From: Clostridia bacterium | GTDB taxonomy: Bacteria > Bacillota > Clostridia > Oscillospirales > SIG627 | Direction: 5' to 3' | Assembly (NCBI GenBank): GCA_017439965.1 | Contig: JAFSID010000079.1 | Location: 2,035-66,034, forward strand | Length of the DNA: 64,000 bases | Shown: positions 37,077-45,946 of the stretch, piece after piece | How the letters are laid out: each line of letters opens with the position of its first letter | How positions within the stretch are numbered: the stretch's first letter is position 1 | Made by a program: the position numbers and the translations under genes | Notes under the pieces: model-generated | What the model was told of the DNA's origin: nothing | Seen by the model: the letters and a program-made list of their open reading frames with translations, nothing else | Databases searched by the model: none

Positions 37077-38138
37077 ATGATTTACGACGTTGTTGTTGTC
37101 GGTGCGGGACCCGCTGGCTCGACCTTTGCAAGAGTAGTTGCGAGCGGTGGCTACAAGGTGCTTTTGATTGACGGACAGAATCCCGAAAAGCCCAAGCCCT
37201 GCGGTGGACTCTTAGCGCCCGACGCTCAAAAGCTTTTTGCTCGCTTTGACTTTACTCTTCCCAAGGAGGTGCTTGCCGACCCTCAGATATTTTCCGTTAA
37301 GACGGCAGACCTCGTGACACGTAGGGTCAGATATTATCCGAGATACTATCTTAATATGGACAGATACCGCTTCGACGATTTTCTTCTGTCACTCGTCCCC
37401 AACAGCGTTGAGGTCGTGAAGGGAAGGGTAGAGCGGGCTGAAAGACGGGAGGACGGCTTCAGGCTTGCCTTAAGCGTTAACGGTGAGGAGAGAGTCGTCA
37501 GTGCCAAGAGAATAGTAGGCGCCGACGGTGCCTCGTCGATTGTCAGACGCACGTTTTTCTCTCGCGCTATGATGCAGTACGTATCCATTCAGGAAAGCTA
37601 TCCCGCAGGAGAGAAGAATCCCTTTTATTCCTGCATTTTTGACAGTGAGACGAGTGAGTCTTGCTCCTGGATGCTTTTTAAGGGAGACGTGATGATTTAC
37701 GGAGGAGCGTTTTTACCTAACGGATGCCGTGAGGCGTTTGAAAAGCAGAGGGGAAGAGTTGCGGACTTTTTCGGCGTTGACCTTTCAAGCCCCGTTTCCC
37801 GTGAGGCGTGTCTCGTGATGCGTCCGAGAAAATGGCGCGATTTCGTGACGGGCAGTGACGGCGTGTGGCTTATCGGTGAGGCGGCGGGCTTTATCTCCGC
37901 ATCCTCCTTTGAGGGCATCAGCTCGGCAATTATTTCGGGTACTTATCTTGCCGAGGCTTTCTTGAAAACCGATAAGGATAAGCGTATCAGCCGAATATAT
38001 TCACGCCTTGCAAGACCCTTGAAAAGAAAGCTTTGGTTTAAAATTATAAAGCATTGGTTTATGTATACACCCCTTGTCCGTCGGCTGATAATGGCGTCGG
38101 GCATAACCTCGATAAAGGTGGAGGAAAAGAAAAAATGA
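37077..38138 (+). CDS. FAD-dependent oxidoreductase (geranylgeranyl reductase/FixC-like family)
   Basis: 353 aa. Dinucleotide fold YDVVVVGAGPAGSTFA, a later GADGASSIVRR segment and a GEAAGF segment. Confidence 0.7.
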   Translation: MIYDVVVVGAGPAGSTFARVVASGGYKVLLIDGQNPEKPKPCGGLLAPDAQKLFARFDFTLPKEVLADPQIFSVKTADLVTRRVRYYPRYYLNMDRYRFDDFLLSLVPNSVEVVKGRVERAERREDGFRLALSVNGEERVVSAKRIVGADGASSIVRRTFFSRAMMQYVSIQESYPAGEKNPFYSCIFDSETSESCSWMLFKGDVMIYGGAFLPNGCREAFEKQRGRVADFFGVDLSSPVSREACLVMRPRKWRDFVTGSDGVWLIGEAAGFISASSFEGISSAIISGTYLAEAFLKTDKDKRISRIYSRLARPLKRKLWFKIIKHWFMYTPLVRRLIMASGITSIKVEEKKK

Positions 38139-39568
38139 AAAGATTTTTAAGCGTTTTACTCGTCTCTTTAACTCTCGTGCTTTCCTTGACGGTGCTTGCT
38201 TCGGCGGAGCGCTACGTTACCGTTATTCTCGACGGAGAGACTCTTGAGTTTGACGTTCAGGCAGAAATTATAAACGGTCGCACTATGGTGCCTCTCCGCA
38301 AAATTTTTGAGTCTATGGGCGCGGAGGTCTCCTGGGACGATACGACCCGTACGGCATTTGCCACGAAGGGTACGCGTACCGTTGAGGCGCAGATAAACAA
38401 CAATCAGATGAAGATCAATTCGGTCACCAAGAGCCTTGATACTCCTCCTATGCTTAAGGGAGGCAGAACGCTCGTTCCCGTCCGCTTCGTTGCGGAGGCT
38501 TACGGCGTGCTTGTGGAGTGGGAGGATGCTACCTCCACCGTAACCCTTACCTCTCCCGAAAAGCAGAGCATTACGGGTATCTGGAACGAGCAGTATAATT
38601 ACGACCTCACGCCTTACATCACCGTGAAGCCCGAGGATTATATCGGTATTCATTATCCCGATTACAAGGTTGAAATATCCGACGAGTCGGTTGCCGAGAG
38701 CCTTATGACTCTCCTTTCGCAAAAGACTGAGCTTGTTGCAACGGAAGAGGCGTGTGACGTTGGTAATACCGTTACCGTTGACTTCAAGGGTAAGCTTGAC
38801 GGAGTGTATTTTGACGGCGGAAGCGCTCAAAACGTTGAGATTCTTCTCGGTCAGGGACAGTATATCCCAGGGTTTGAGGAGGGCATTATCGGTCACCGCG
38901 CGGGTGAAAGCTTTGAAATAAACGTAACCTTCCCTGAAAATTACGGGAACGATTTGAGCGGTAAGGCGGTCGTTTTCGAAATCGTGCTTCATTCGGTTAA
39001 GAAAACCGTTTTTCCCGAGCTTGACGACGCCTTTATAGCCGAAAACACCGAGTATTCAACCATTAATGAGTACCTTGCCGCAGAGAAGCAGAGGCTGGAG
39101 AGCATTTCCAAAATAGAGAATATAAACACCGCAAAGAATGAGATTTATACTCTTATTACCTCAAGAGTCAAGATAAACGGTTACCCCAAGGCTGAATACG
39201 ACGCGTATTATAACGAGTTCTACGCACAGTATGAGAGCCTTGCGAAATCCTACGGAATGGAGCTTGAGACCTTTATTCCCGCTTATACTCAAGTATCCCT
39301 TGAGGAGTTTGACGCATACGCCGTGGATTACGCGAGGTCCAATGTGTCAATGGAGCTTATCTTTATGGCAATTGCCCGTGCAGAGAAGCTTATTGAAAAT
39401 ATTACCGTTGCGGACTACATTCAGTTTATAGACCTGCTTTCCGCACAAAACTCTATGAATCACGAGGACTTTGAAGAAATGTACGGCAAGGATGCCGTGA
39501 TGATGAGTCTTATCATTGAAAAGACTATGGATTATATTTATTCAAAGGGTGTTCCCGTTGAGCAATAA
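38135..39568 (+). CDS. secreted trigger-factor-like FKBP-type peptidyl-prolyl isomerase fused to a copper-amine-oxidase-N-type domain
   Basis: Preferred start is ATG 38135 (ATGA overlap with the upstream stop). Signal peptide MKRFLSVLLVSLTLVLSLTVLASA. Stalk domain VILDGETLEFDVQAEIINGRTMVPLRKIFESMGAEVSWDD. VTVDFKGKLDGVYFDGGSAQNVEILLGQGQYIPGFEEGIIGHRAGESFEINVTFPENY aligns closely with the E. coli trigger factor PPIase domain. A TF C-domain-like helical region follows. Confidence 0.75.
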   Translation: MKRFLSVLLVSLTLVLSLTVLASAERYVTVILDGETLEFDVQAEIINGRTMVPLRKIFESMGAEVSWDDTTRTAFATKGTRTVEAQINNNQMKINSVTKSLDTPPMLKGGRTLVPVRFVAEAYGVLVEWEDATSTVTLTSPEKQSITGIWNEQYNYDLTPYITVKPEDYIGIHYPDYKVEISDESVAESLMTLLSQKTELVATEEACDVGNTVTVDFKGKLDGVYFDGGSAQNVEILLGQGQYIPGFEEGIIGHRAGESFEINVTFPENYGNDLSGKAVVFEIVLHSVKKTVFPELDDAFIAENTEYSTINEYLAAEKQRLESISKIENINTAKNEIYTLITSRVKINGYPKAEYDAYYNEFYAQYESLAKSYGMELETFIPAYTQVSLEEFDAYAVDYARSNVSMELIFMAIARAEKLIENITVADYIQFIDLLSAQNSMNHEDFEEMYGKDAVMMSLIIEKTMDYIYSKGVPVEQ

Positions 39569-39572
39569 AAAG

Positions 39573-39616
39573 GGGCTGTAAAAAAACTTGGTTAGAGTTT
39601 TTTTACAGCCTCTTTT
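39573..39616 (+). terminator. intrinsic terminator
   Basis: GGGCTGTAAAAAAACT / AGTTTTTTTACAGCC long stem followed by TCTTTT. Confidence 0.8.
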
Positions 39617-39850
39617 CAGGAGATAGGAAAAAATGTTCCAGAATGGACAAACCGAAGCCCGTCAGCGTACGAGTGTACGGTAGTGGCGAGGTTTGTTCAG
39701 AGCCAAAAACATATGATTTATTCGAGAAAACTCATTTTTGAGTTTTTACCTTAAACCTTAATATTTATCTGTATTTGTTTTGATAAACAGTCTCATTTGA
39801 TTATGCTTTCTTGTTTTTGGCGGTCTGGACTTTTTTTACATCTCCTTTTT

Positions 39851-40741
39851 TTAGTCTATGTCCTCGACAATCTTTTCGGGAGGATTGTCAAGCATTTCGG
39901 GATTTTTCAGTACCTCACGCATATACTTGAGCGCGGTGGCAAAATAGTGACCGTCGCAGATGCGCTCGTCGGTAACGACGGAAAAGTCGATGTATTTCTT
40001 TTCTACTATCTTTCCTTCACGGGTGAGTGAAAGCCTCGGCGTTTTTTTGCCGAAGGCAATGAAAACGGGTATGTTTCCAAAGTCGTAAAGGTGGTGATAG
40101 ATGGGCGGTATTCCGAGTGAGCCCATCGAGGTTATAAACATTGAGCCGTGGAAGGGAGACAGCTTGATGAGAAATCTCGGCAGAAGTCCGAAATAGTCAA
40201 GCGTTTTGAGAAACCAGACGGTGAATTTCAGGAAAACTCCGGGTATGTAATTGAGCGCTCTCGCCGTCTTGTCGAAAACCGAAACGTCATTTTCAACTCG
40301 GTTTAATTCAAATTGCTCGGCAAACGCCTTGAAAACGTCGTACACGGTGGCACTCGGGTCAAAGTCAACCTTGATGGTGGTGCTTTGAGCGTCAAGCTCC
40401 ATTTTCTTTTTTATGTCGATAACTATCTGTACGTTGTTACGGGCGTATATCTTCTGTCCCGATATAAAACGGTTGATACCCGGATACTGAGAAACGGTGC
40501 GGATGTACGCCGCCATAAATATGTACATCATCCCAAAGCCCTTGAGACCTTCGCCTCTCTTCTTCATAATGTACTCGTCTATCTTGTCGGTTATCTCAAG
40601 CTTATCCTTTATAAGATTTGAGGCTCCGCTCCTGTTGACCATAATATAAGGCGATACGTAATTCATAGGGTCGAGCGTTCTTACACGGTGTCCTTCAAAT
40701 CTGTCACCTAAACGCCATTTTCTCTTAGCGGTATTCTTCAT
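39851..40741 (-). CDS. stand-alone 2-oxoacid dehydrogenase acyltransferase (E2 catalytic domain / CAT-like) family protein
   Basis: 296 aa. The C-terminal segment IDFSVVTDERICDGHYFATALKYMREVLKNPEML aligns with the E2 active-site block (S-x-DHRxxDG...L..P..L). No lipoyl or E3-binding domain. Confidence 0.6.
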   Translation of the reverse strand: MKNTAKRKWRLGDRFEGHRVRTLDPMNYVSPYIMVNRSGASNLIKDKLEITDKIDEYIMKKRGEGLKGFGMMYIFMAAYIRTVSQYPGINRFISGQKIYARNNVQIVIDIKKKMELDAQSTTIKVDFDPSATVYDVFKAFAEQFELNRVENDVSVFDKTARALNYIPGVFLKFTVWFLKTLDYFGLLPRFLIKLSPFHGSMFITSMGSLGIPPIYHHLYDFGNIPVFIAFGKKTPRLSLTREGKIVEKKYIDFSVVTDERICDGHYFATALKYMREVLKNPEMLDNPPEKIVEDID

Positions 40742-40911
40742 TAGGTCACCTCGTTTTTTAAATTACTTTAATATTATACACAATAAGTTAACAAATTGCA
40801 AGAAAAATTTTAATATTTATGTTTTTTTAATATTTATCACTCTTTTTAAGTGCTTGATTTTTTTGGTTATATATAGTATAATATAAAAGATAATATATAA
40901 AGGAATTTGAT

Positions 40912-42792
40912 ATGGTAGCAATAGGATGCAGTAAAATATCACTCTCCTTCGGTGAAAAGACGGTTCTTGACAACGTTTCCTTTTCTCTTGAGGAGGGAGA
41001 CAAGCTTGGCGTTGTCGGTGTAAACGGCGCAGGTAAAACAACTCTTATAAAAATCTTAACGGGTGAGCAGTCCTCCGATTCGGGTGAGGTATTCGTATCG
41101 CAAAAGGCGACTGTCGGATATCTTGACCAGTACGCGACTCTCGATTCGGATAATACCGTTTACGAGGAAATGCTTTCCTCCTTCGATACTCTTCTGAAAA
41201 TGGAGGAGGAGCTTGAGTCACTCTCACTTGACCTCCGTGCAGGAATAGGTAACGTTGCCGATACCACGGATAAATACACGAGACTCTCGGACAGATACCG
41301 TGAGCTTGGAGGCTATGAATTCCGTTCCCGTACCACTGCAATGCTTAAGAAGATGGGCTTTTCGGAGAATATGCACTCCCTTCCCGTAAAAAGCCTTTCG
41401 GGAGGACAGAAGACCTCTTTGGCACTCGTCGGACTTCTGCTTCAGTCTCCGTCCATACTCATTTTGGACGAGCCCACCAACCATCTTGACATTGAGTCAC
41501 TTCGATGGCTTGAAGGATATCTTGCAGGGCAGAATACGACGCTTATCGTAATATCCCACGACAGATATTTTCTTGACAAGGTTACCACTCACACGCTTGA
41601 TATAGAAAACACTCACGCAACGCTCTATAAGGGCAATTATTCAGTCTTTGCCGAAAAGAAGGAGAAGGACCGTGAGATATACCGCAGGCACTGGGAAAAT
41701 CAGCAAAAGGAAATAGCACGGCAGGAGGCGTTTATCGAGCAACAAAGACGCTGGAACCGTGAGAAAAACATTATCGCTGCCGAAAGCAGACTCAAGGCGC
41801 TTGAGCGTATGGAAAAGCTTGACGCTCCCGAAAATCTTCCGACGGGTATAAGCTTTGCCTTCGGTGAGGCGATCCGCTCGTGCAACGACGTTTTGAAGGT
41901 AGAGGAGCTTTCAAAGGCTTTTGACGAAAAGAGACTCTTTTCAAATCTCTCCTTTGAGGTCAAGCGTCAGGACAGATTTTTTGTGCTCGGAAGAAACGGC
42001 TGCGGAAAATCAACGCTTTTAAAAATTCTTGCCGAAAAGCTTTTCGCCGACCGAGGTGAGTTCACCTTCGGCACTAACGTCAAGCTTGGCTATTACGACC
42101 AGGAATATCAGGGGCTTGACCCCAACAACACCGTACTCGACGAGCTGTGGAACGAATACAGCGAAAAGAGTATGACCGAGATTCGCAGTGCTCTGGCGCT
42201 GTTCCGCTTTACCCGTGACGACGTTTTCAAAAAGGTCGAGGTGCTCAGCGGCGGAGAGAAGGCGAGACTCACCCTTGCAAAGCTTATGCTTTCAAAGGTC
42301 AATCTGCTTCTCCTTGACGAGCCTACGAACCACCTTGATATAGCCTCTCGTGAGACCCTTGAGGATGCCGTGGCAAGCTTTCAGGGAACGGTCATTGCCG
42401 TATCTCACGACAGATATTTTATCTCAAAGCTTGCAACGAGAATACTTCATATAGACGGCAATTCGTCGAGAGTTTTCGAGGGCAACTACGAATACTACCT
42501 TGACCGCCTTGAGCCGACGTCGGCTGTGAGCACCACTGCTTCGGACAGCAGTGCGAGAGACAGCTACCGTCAGGAGAAGGAGAAGAAGGCGCGCGAGCGT
42601 AAGCGTGAGCGTGACCTTGCCAAAACCGAGGCGGAGATTGAAGAGACCGAGGCGGAGATTTCCGAGCTCGTTGAAAAAATGAACGGAGAGCTTGCCCGTG
42701 ACTATACCGCCTTGATGGAGGCGGAGGAAAAGAGAAAAACGCTTGAGGAGCACCTTGAAAAGCTTTATGCAAGACTCGAGGAGCTTGAATAA
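40912..42792 (+). CDS. ABC-F family ATPase (ribosome-associated type, no membrane domain)
   Basis: 626 aa. Two cassettes: GVNGAGKTT/LSGGQ/ILILDEPTNHLD and GRNGCGKST/LSGGE/LLLLDEPTNHLD. Inter-domain linker and a charged C-terminal coiled coil. Candidate promoter TTGATT-17-TATAAT lies just upstream with a short leader. Confidence 0.9.
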   Translation: MVAIGCSKISLSFGEKTVLDNVSFSLEEGDKLGVVGVNGAGKTTLIKILTGEQSSDSGEVFVSQKATVGYLDQYATLDSDNTVYEEMLSSFDTLLKMEEELESLSLDLRAGIGNVADTTDKYTRLSDRYRELGGYEFRSRTTAMLKKMGFSENMHSLPVKSLSGGQKTSLALVGLLLQSPSILILDEPTNHLDIESLRWLEGYLAGQNTTLIVISHDRYFLDKVTTHTLDIENTHATLYKGNYSVFAEKKEKDREIYRRHWENQQKEIARQEAFIEQQRRWNREKNIIAAESRLKALERMEKLDAPENLPTGISFAFGEAIRSCNDVLKVEELSKAFDEKRLFSNLSFEVKRQDRFFVLGRNGCGKSTLLKILAEKLFADRGEFTFGTNVKLGYYDQEYQGLDPNNTVLDELWNEYSEKSMTEIRSALALFRFTRDDVFKKVEVLSGGEKARLTLAKLMLSKVNLLLLDEPTNHLDIASRETLEDAVASFQGTVIAVSHDRYFISKLATRILHIDGNSSRVFEGNYEYYLDRLEPTSAVSTTASDSSARDSYRQEKEKKARERKRERDLAKTEAEIEETEAEISELVEKMNGELARDYTALMEAEEKRKTLEEHLEKLYARLEELE

Positions 42793-42935
42793 ATTTACGA
42801 GGAGGACACGGTATGATATCCTGTAACGACGTGTGGCAGACGAGACGTCCTATGCATGACTTGTAGGATGATTGTCTGAAGCCCTATAAAACGTATTTAA
42901 AATAATAAGCTTATATTTGAAAGGAATTAATAAAA

Positions 42936-44123
42936 ATGGCTAAAATCAGAATACCCAAGAGTGAATTTGAACAGAGAATCGTAGAAATCAAGAAGCTTAT
43001 GGAGAGAGATAACCTTGACGCTATCCTCGTTTACGGCGATGAGTACCGCAAGGAAAACCTCCGTTACGTTTCAAACTACTGGCCCATCTTCGAGAGAGGC
43101 GCTATGCTTGTTTCAAGAAACGGTAAGCCCATCACGCTTTGTGCTCCCGAGGGACAGAAGGTTGCTGAGGAAATGAGCGTTTGGGAGGACGTAAGACTTC
43201 TTCCCGACTTCCTTTGCGTAACCGTACCCGACGAGATCGACTATCCTCTCGCTAACTACACCAGCTTCCGCGCACTCGCTGCACAGATTCGTGAAGAGGG
43301 CAAGCTTGAGAGACTCGGTGTCGTAGGCATTGACGCTATGTCCGCATCTCTTCTTAACATCATCACTCAGACCTTCGGCTGTGAAATAGTTGACGCCAAC
43401 GATATCCTCTTTGAGATCCGCCGTGAGAAGAGTGAGAACGAGATTGCTTGTCTTACCGAGGCAGCACGTATTGCAGACTGTGGCTTTAAGGCTCTTATGG
43501 AGGCTGATCTTATCGGTCTTACCGAGGTTGCCGCTGCGGGTATCGCAGAGGGCGCTGCAAGACGCGAGGGTGCTGAGGCAGTTATTTTCACCGTATTCGG
43601 CTCGGGTGACAGAAGTGCTACCATCGTTGGCCGTCCCAGTGATAAGATCATCGAGGACGGAGATATGATCATGTGCGCTCTCGCTATTCAGTACGAGGGC
43701 TACGTTGCAACCTGCGAGGCTCCCTTTGCAGTAGGTAATTACAGCAAGGAGACCGAGCGTGTTATCGACGTTCTTATTCGCGCTAAGGAGGCAGGTCTTC
43801 CTTACCTTAAGGCAGGCGTTCCCATGAACAAGTTCGTTCGTGCGGTGCGTGACTTCTTCCGCGCAGAAGGTCTTTCCGAGTACGACGTATATCCTCCTCT
43901 CCACGGTATCGGCTGTGCTGAGGCAGAGAGCCCCTATCCCAACGAGTCCACCGAGGCAGTGTTCAAGGCAGGTATGACCTGTAACACCGACATCAGCCTT
44001 TTCGGTCTCGCAGGAGGCTCCAACCGTATCGAAGAGGGCTTCGTTGTTACCGAGGACGGTGCAAAGTCCCTTTCTCCATACGTACACGAGTATTGCGAGA
44101 AGTGGCTTGCGGGTAAGAGATAA
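42936..44123 (+). CDS. M24 family metallopeptidase (Xaa-Pro dipeptidase/creatinase-like)
   Basis: 395 aa. Creatinase-type N-domain followed by a pita-bread fold (...MIMCALAIQYEGYVATCE..., PPLHGIGCAEAESP, RIEEGFVVTEDG). Confidence 0.85.
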   Translation: MAKIRIPKSEFEQRIVEIKKLMERDNLDAILVYGDEYRKENLRYVSNYWPIFERGAMLVSRNGKPITLCAPEGQKVAEEMSVWEDVRLLPDFLCVTVPDEIDYPLANYTSFRALAAQIREEGKLERLGVVGIDAMSASLLNIITQTFGCEIVDANDILFEIRREKSENEIACLTEAARIADCGFKALMEADLIGLTEVAAAGIAEGAARREGAEAVIFTVFGSGDRSATIVGRPSDKIIEDGDMIMCALAIQYEGYVATCEAPFAVGNYSKETERVIDVLIRAKEAGLPYLKAGVPMNKFVRAVRDFFRAEGLSEYDVYPPLHGIGCAEAESPYPNESTEAVFKAGMTCNTDISLFGLAGGSNRIEEGFVVTEDGAKSLSPYVHEYCEKWLAGKR

Positions 44124-45166
44124 TGAACACCGTTATTAACACGGTTACGGGGGCTGTCAGTATTGACAGCCTCACCACCGTTTTACCTCACGAGCATCTG
44201 CTCATAAACCTCGGAAATCAGTACAGCGGTAAAAAGGTTTACGGGGTTGACGGAGAAAACGACAAGGTTTCTCTTGAAAACCTCGGACTTCTTCGCCGTG
44301 ACTGTTATATTCTCCGTGATAACCTTTTGCTCGATTCCACCGAGACCGCGACCGACGAGGTGCTTTGGTTCAAGCGTGCGGGCGGCGGTGCAATAGTTGA
44401 CGTAACTCCCTGCGGAGTCGGACGTGACGTCAAGGCTCTTCGTGAGATAAGTCTCAAGACGGGCGTACAGATTATTGCGGGTACGGCTCTTTATACGCAC
44501 GACGCGATTCCCGAGTATCTTGAGAAAATGAGCGTTGAGGAGCTTGCCGATTTCTTCGTATCCGAGCTTTGCGAGGGTATTGAGGGAACGGATATCAAGG
44601 CAGGCGTTATCGGTGAGATAGGAACCTCCACCGAGATATATCCCGTTGAGGAAAGGGCACTGCGTGCCGCTGCTCTTGCAAATCTCAAGACGGGCGCTCC
44701 CATTCTTATACACACTTATCCCTGGGGCAAGCTTGGTCTCAAGGCGCTTGACATAATTGCGGAGTACGGCGTTGATATGAGATCGGTGTGCATCTGTCAC
44801 GTTGACGTAAAATTCGACGTTGATTACATCAAGGCGATTATGGACAGAGGCGCGTGGGTAGAGTTTGACGATTTCGGCAAGGAATTTTATATAGTAACAA
44901 AGCCGGGTGAGTTTGCGGGAGGTGCATTTGCATCCGACGTTGAGAGGGTCAGAATGCTCGACCGACTCTGCCGTGACGGTTACGCTGACAGAATACTTGC
45001 TTCCAACGATATCTGTCTCAAGATGCTTCTTCATAAGCACGGTGGCTTCGGCTACGACCATATGCTTTCAAATATCCGTCCTATGATGGAGTGTGAGGGA
45101 ATGTGCGAGGAGCATATTTCACAAATCATTGACAAGAATCCCATTGAATTTTTAAAGGGAAGATAA
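44123..45166 (+). CDS. phosphotriesterase-homology (PTE/Php) family amidohydrolase
   Basis: 347 aa. Metal ligand pattern LPHEHLLINL, GVIGEIG, ILIHT, CICHVD and FDDFG. Start overlaps the upstream stop (TAATG). Confidence 0.85.
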   Translation: MNTVINTVTGAVSIDSLTTVLPHEHLLINLGNQYSGKKVYGVDGENDKVSLENLGLLRRDCYILRDNLLLDSTETATDEVLWFKRAGGGAIVDVTPCGVGRDVKALREISLKTGVQIIAGTALYTHDAIPEYLEKMSVEELADFFVSELCEGIEGTDIKAGVIGEIGTSTEIYPVEERALRAAALANLKTGAPILIHTYPWGKLGLKALDIIAEYGVDMRSVCICHVDVKFDVDYIKAIMDRGAWVEFDDFGKEFYIVTKPGEFAGGAFASDVERVRMLDRLCRDGYADRILASNDICLKMLLHKHGGFGYDHMLSNIRPMMECEGMCEEHISQIIDKNPIEFLKGR

Positions 45167-45167
45167 A

Positions 45168-45890
45168 GTGATAAGACTTGATAAATATATTGCGTCGGCA
45201 CTTACGCTGACTCGCAAGGAGGCTCATACAGTCATCCGTCAGGGAAGAGTCACGGTTGACTCCAAGCCCGTGCGTGATATCGGCTTTAAGCTTGACGAGA
45301 CCTCGTCAACAGTCGTATGTGACGGCGTGGCGTTGACCTTTCAGAAGTTCCGCTATTATATAATGAACAAGCCTGCGGGCTATATTACCTCCACCGAGGA
45401 GGAGCGTGAGCCGACGGTTATGGACCTGCTTCCCGAGAGGCTTCTCAAAATGAATCTCTTTCCCGTCGGACGTCTTGACAAGGACACGGAGGGCTTGCTT
45501 CTTCTGACCGACAACGGAGTGCTGGCTCACCGTATGCTTTCTCCCAAGCATCACGTTGACAAGACCTATTACCTTGAAAGCGATATTCCTATGACGGACG
45601 ATGACGCTGACGCCTTTTTGAAGGGGGTTGACATCGGCGAGAAGAATATCACGCTTCCCGCAAGGCTCGTTATCGACTCGGAGGATAACCGCCGAGGTCA
45701 TATAACTCTTTGCGAGGGCAAGTTTCATCAGATAAAGCGTATGCTCAACGCGGTAGGCAAAAACGTGACCTATCTTGAAAGAGTGGCGTTTGCCTCGCTT
45801 ACTTTGCCGTCAGAGCTTGAAAGGGGAGAGGTGAGAGAGCTTACTCCCGAGGAGATCGAGACGCTGGAAAATTTCAACAAGTCGGAATAA
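45168..45890 (+). CDS. rsuA: pseudouridine synthase, RsuA/RluB family (S4 domain plus catalytic domain)
   Basis: 240 aa, GTG start 8 nt after AAAGGGAAG. S4 domain IRLDKYIASALTLTRKEAHTVIRQGRVTV. Catalytic motif GRLDKDTEGLLLLTDNG. Also FHQIKRM. Confidence 0.85.
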   Translation: MIRLDKYIASALTLTRKEAHTVIRQGRVTVDSKPVRDIGFKLDETSSTVVCDGVALTFQKFRYYIMNKPAGYITSTEEEREPTVMDLLPERLLKMNLFPVGRLDKDTEGLLLLTDNGVLAHRMLSPKHHVDKTYYLESDIPMTDDDADAFLKGVDIGEKNITLPARLVIDSEDNRRGHITLCEGKFHQIKRMLNAVGKNVTYLERVAFASLTLPSELERGEVRELTPEEIETLENFNKSE

Positions 45891-45946
45891 AAATAAAAAC
45901 GGTCGCATAAACTCTACCAAAGAAATATGCTTTGGGGAGTGAAAAA

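Noticed and set aside
39797-40030. 77-aa plus-strand ORF at the end of the acyltransferase gene
   Set aside because: It overlaps the well-supported minus-strand gene, has no RBS and encodes a hydrophobic low-complexity peptide.
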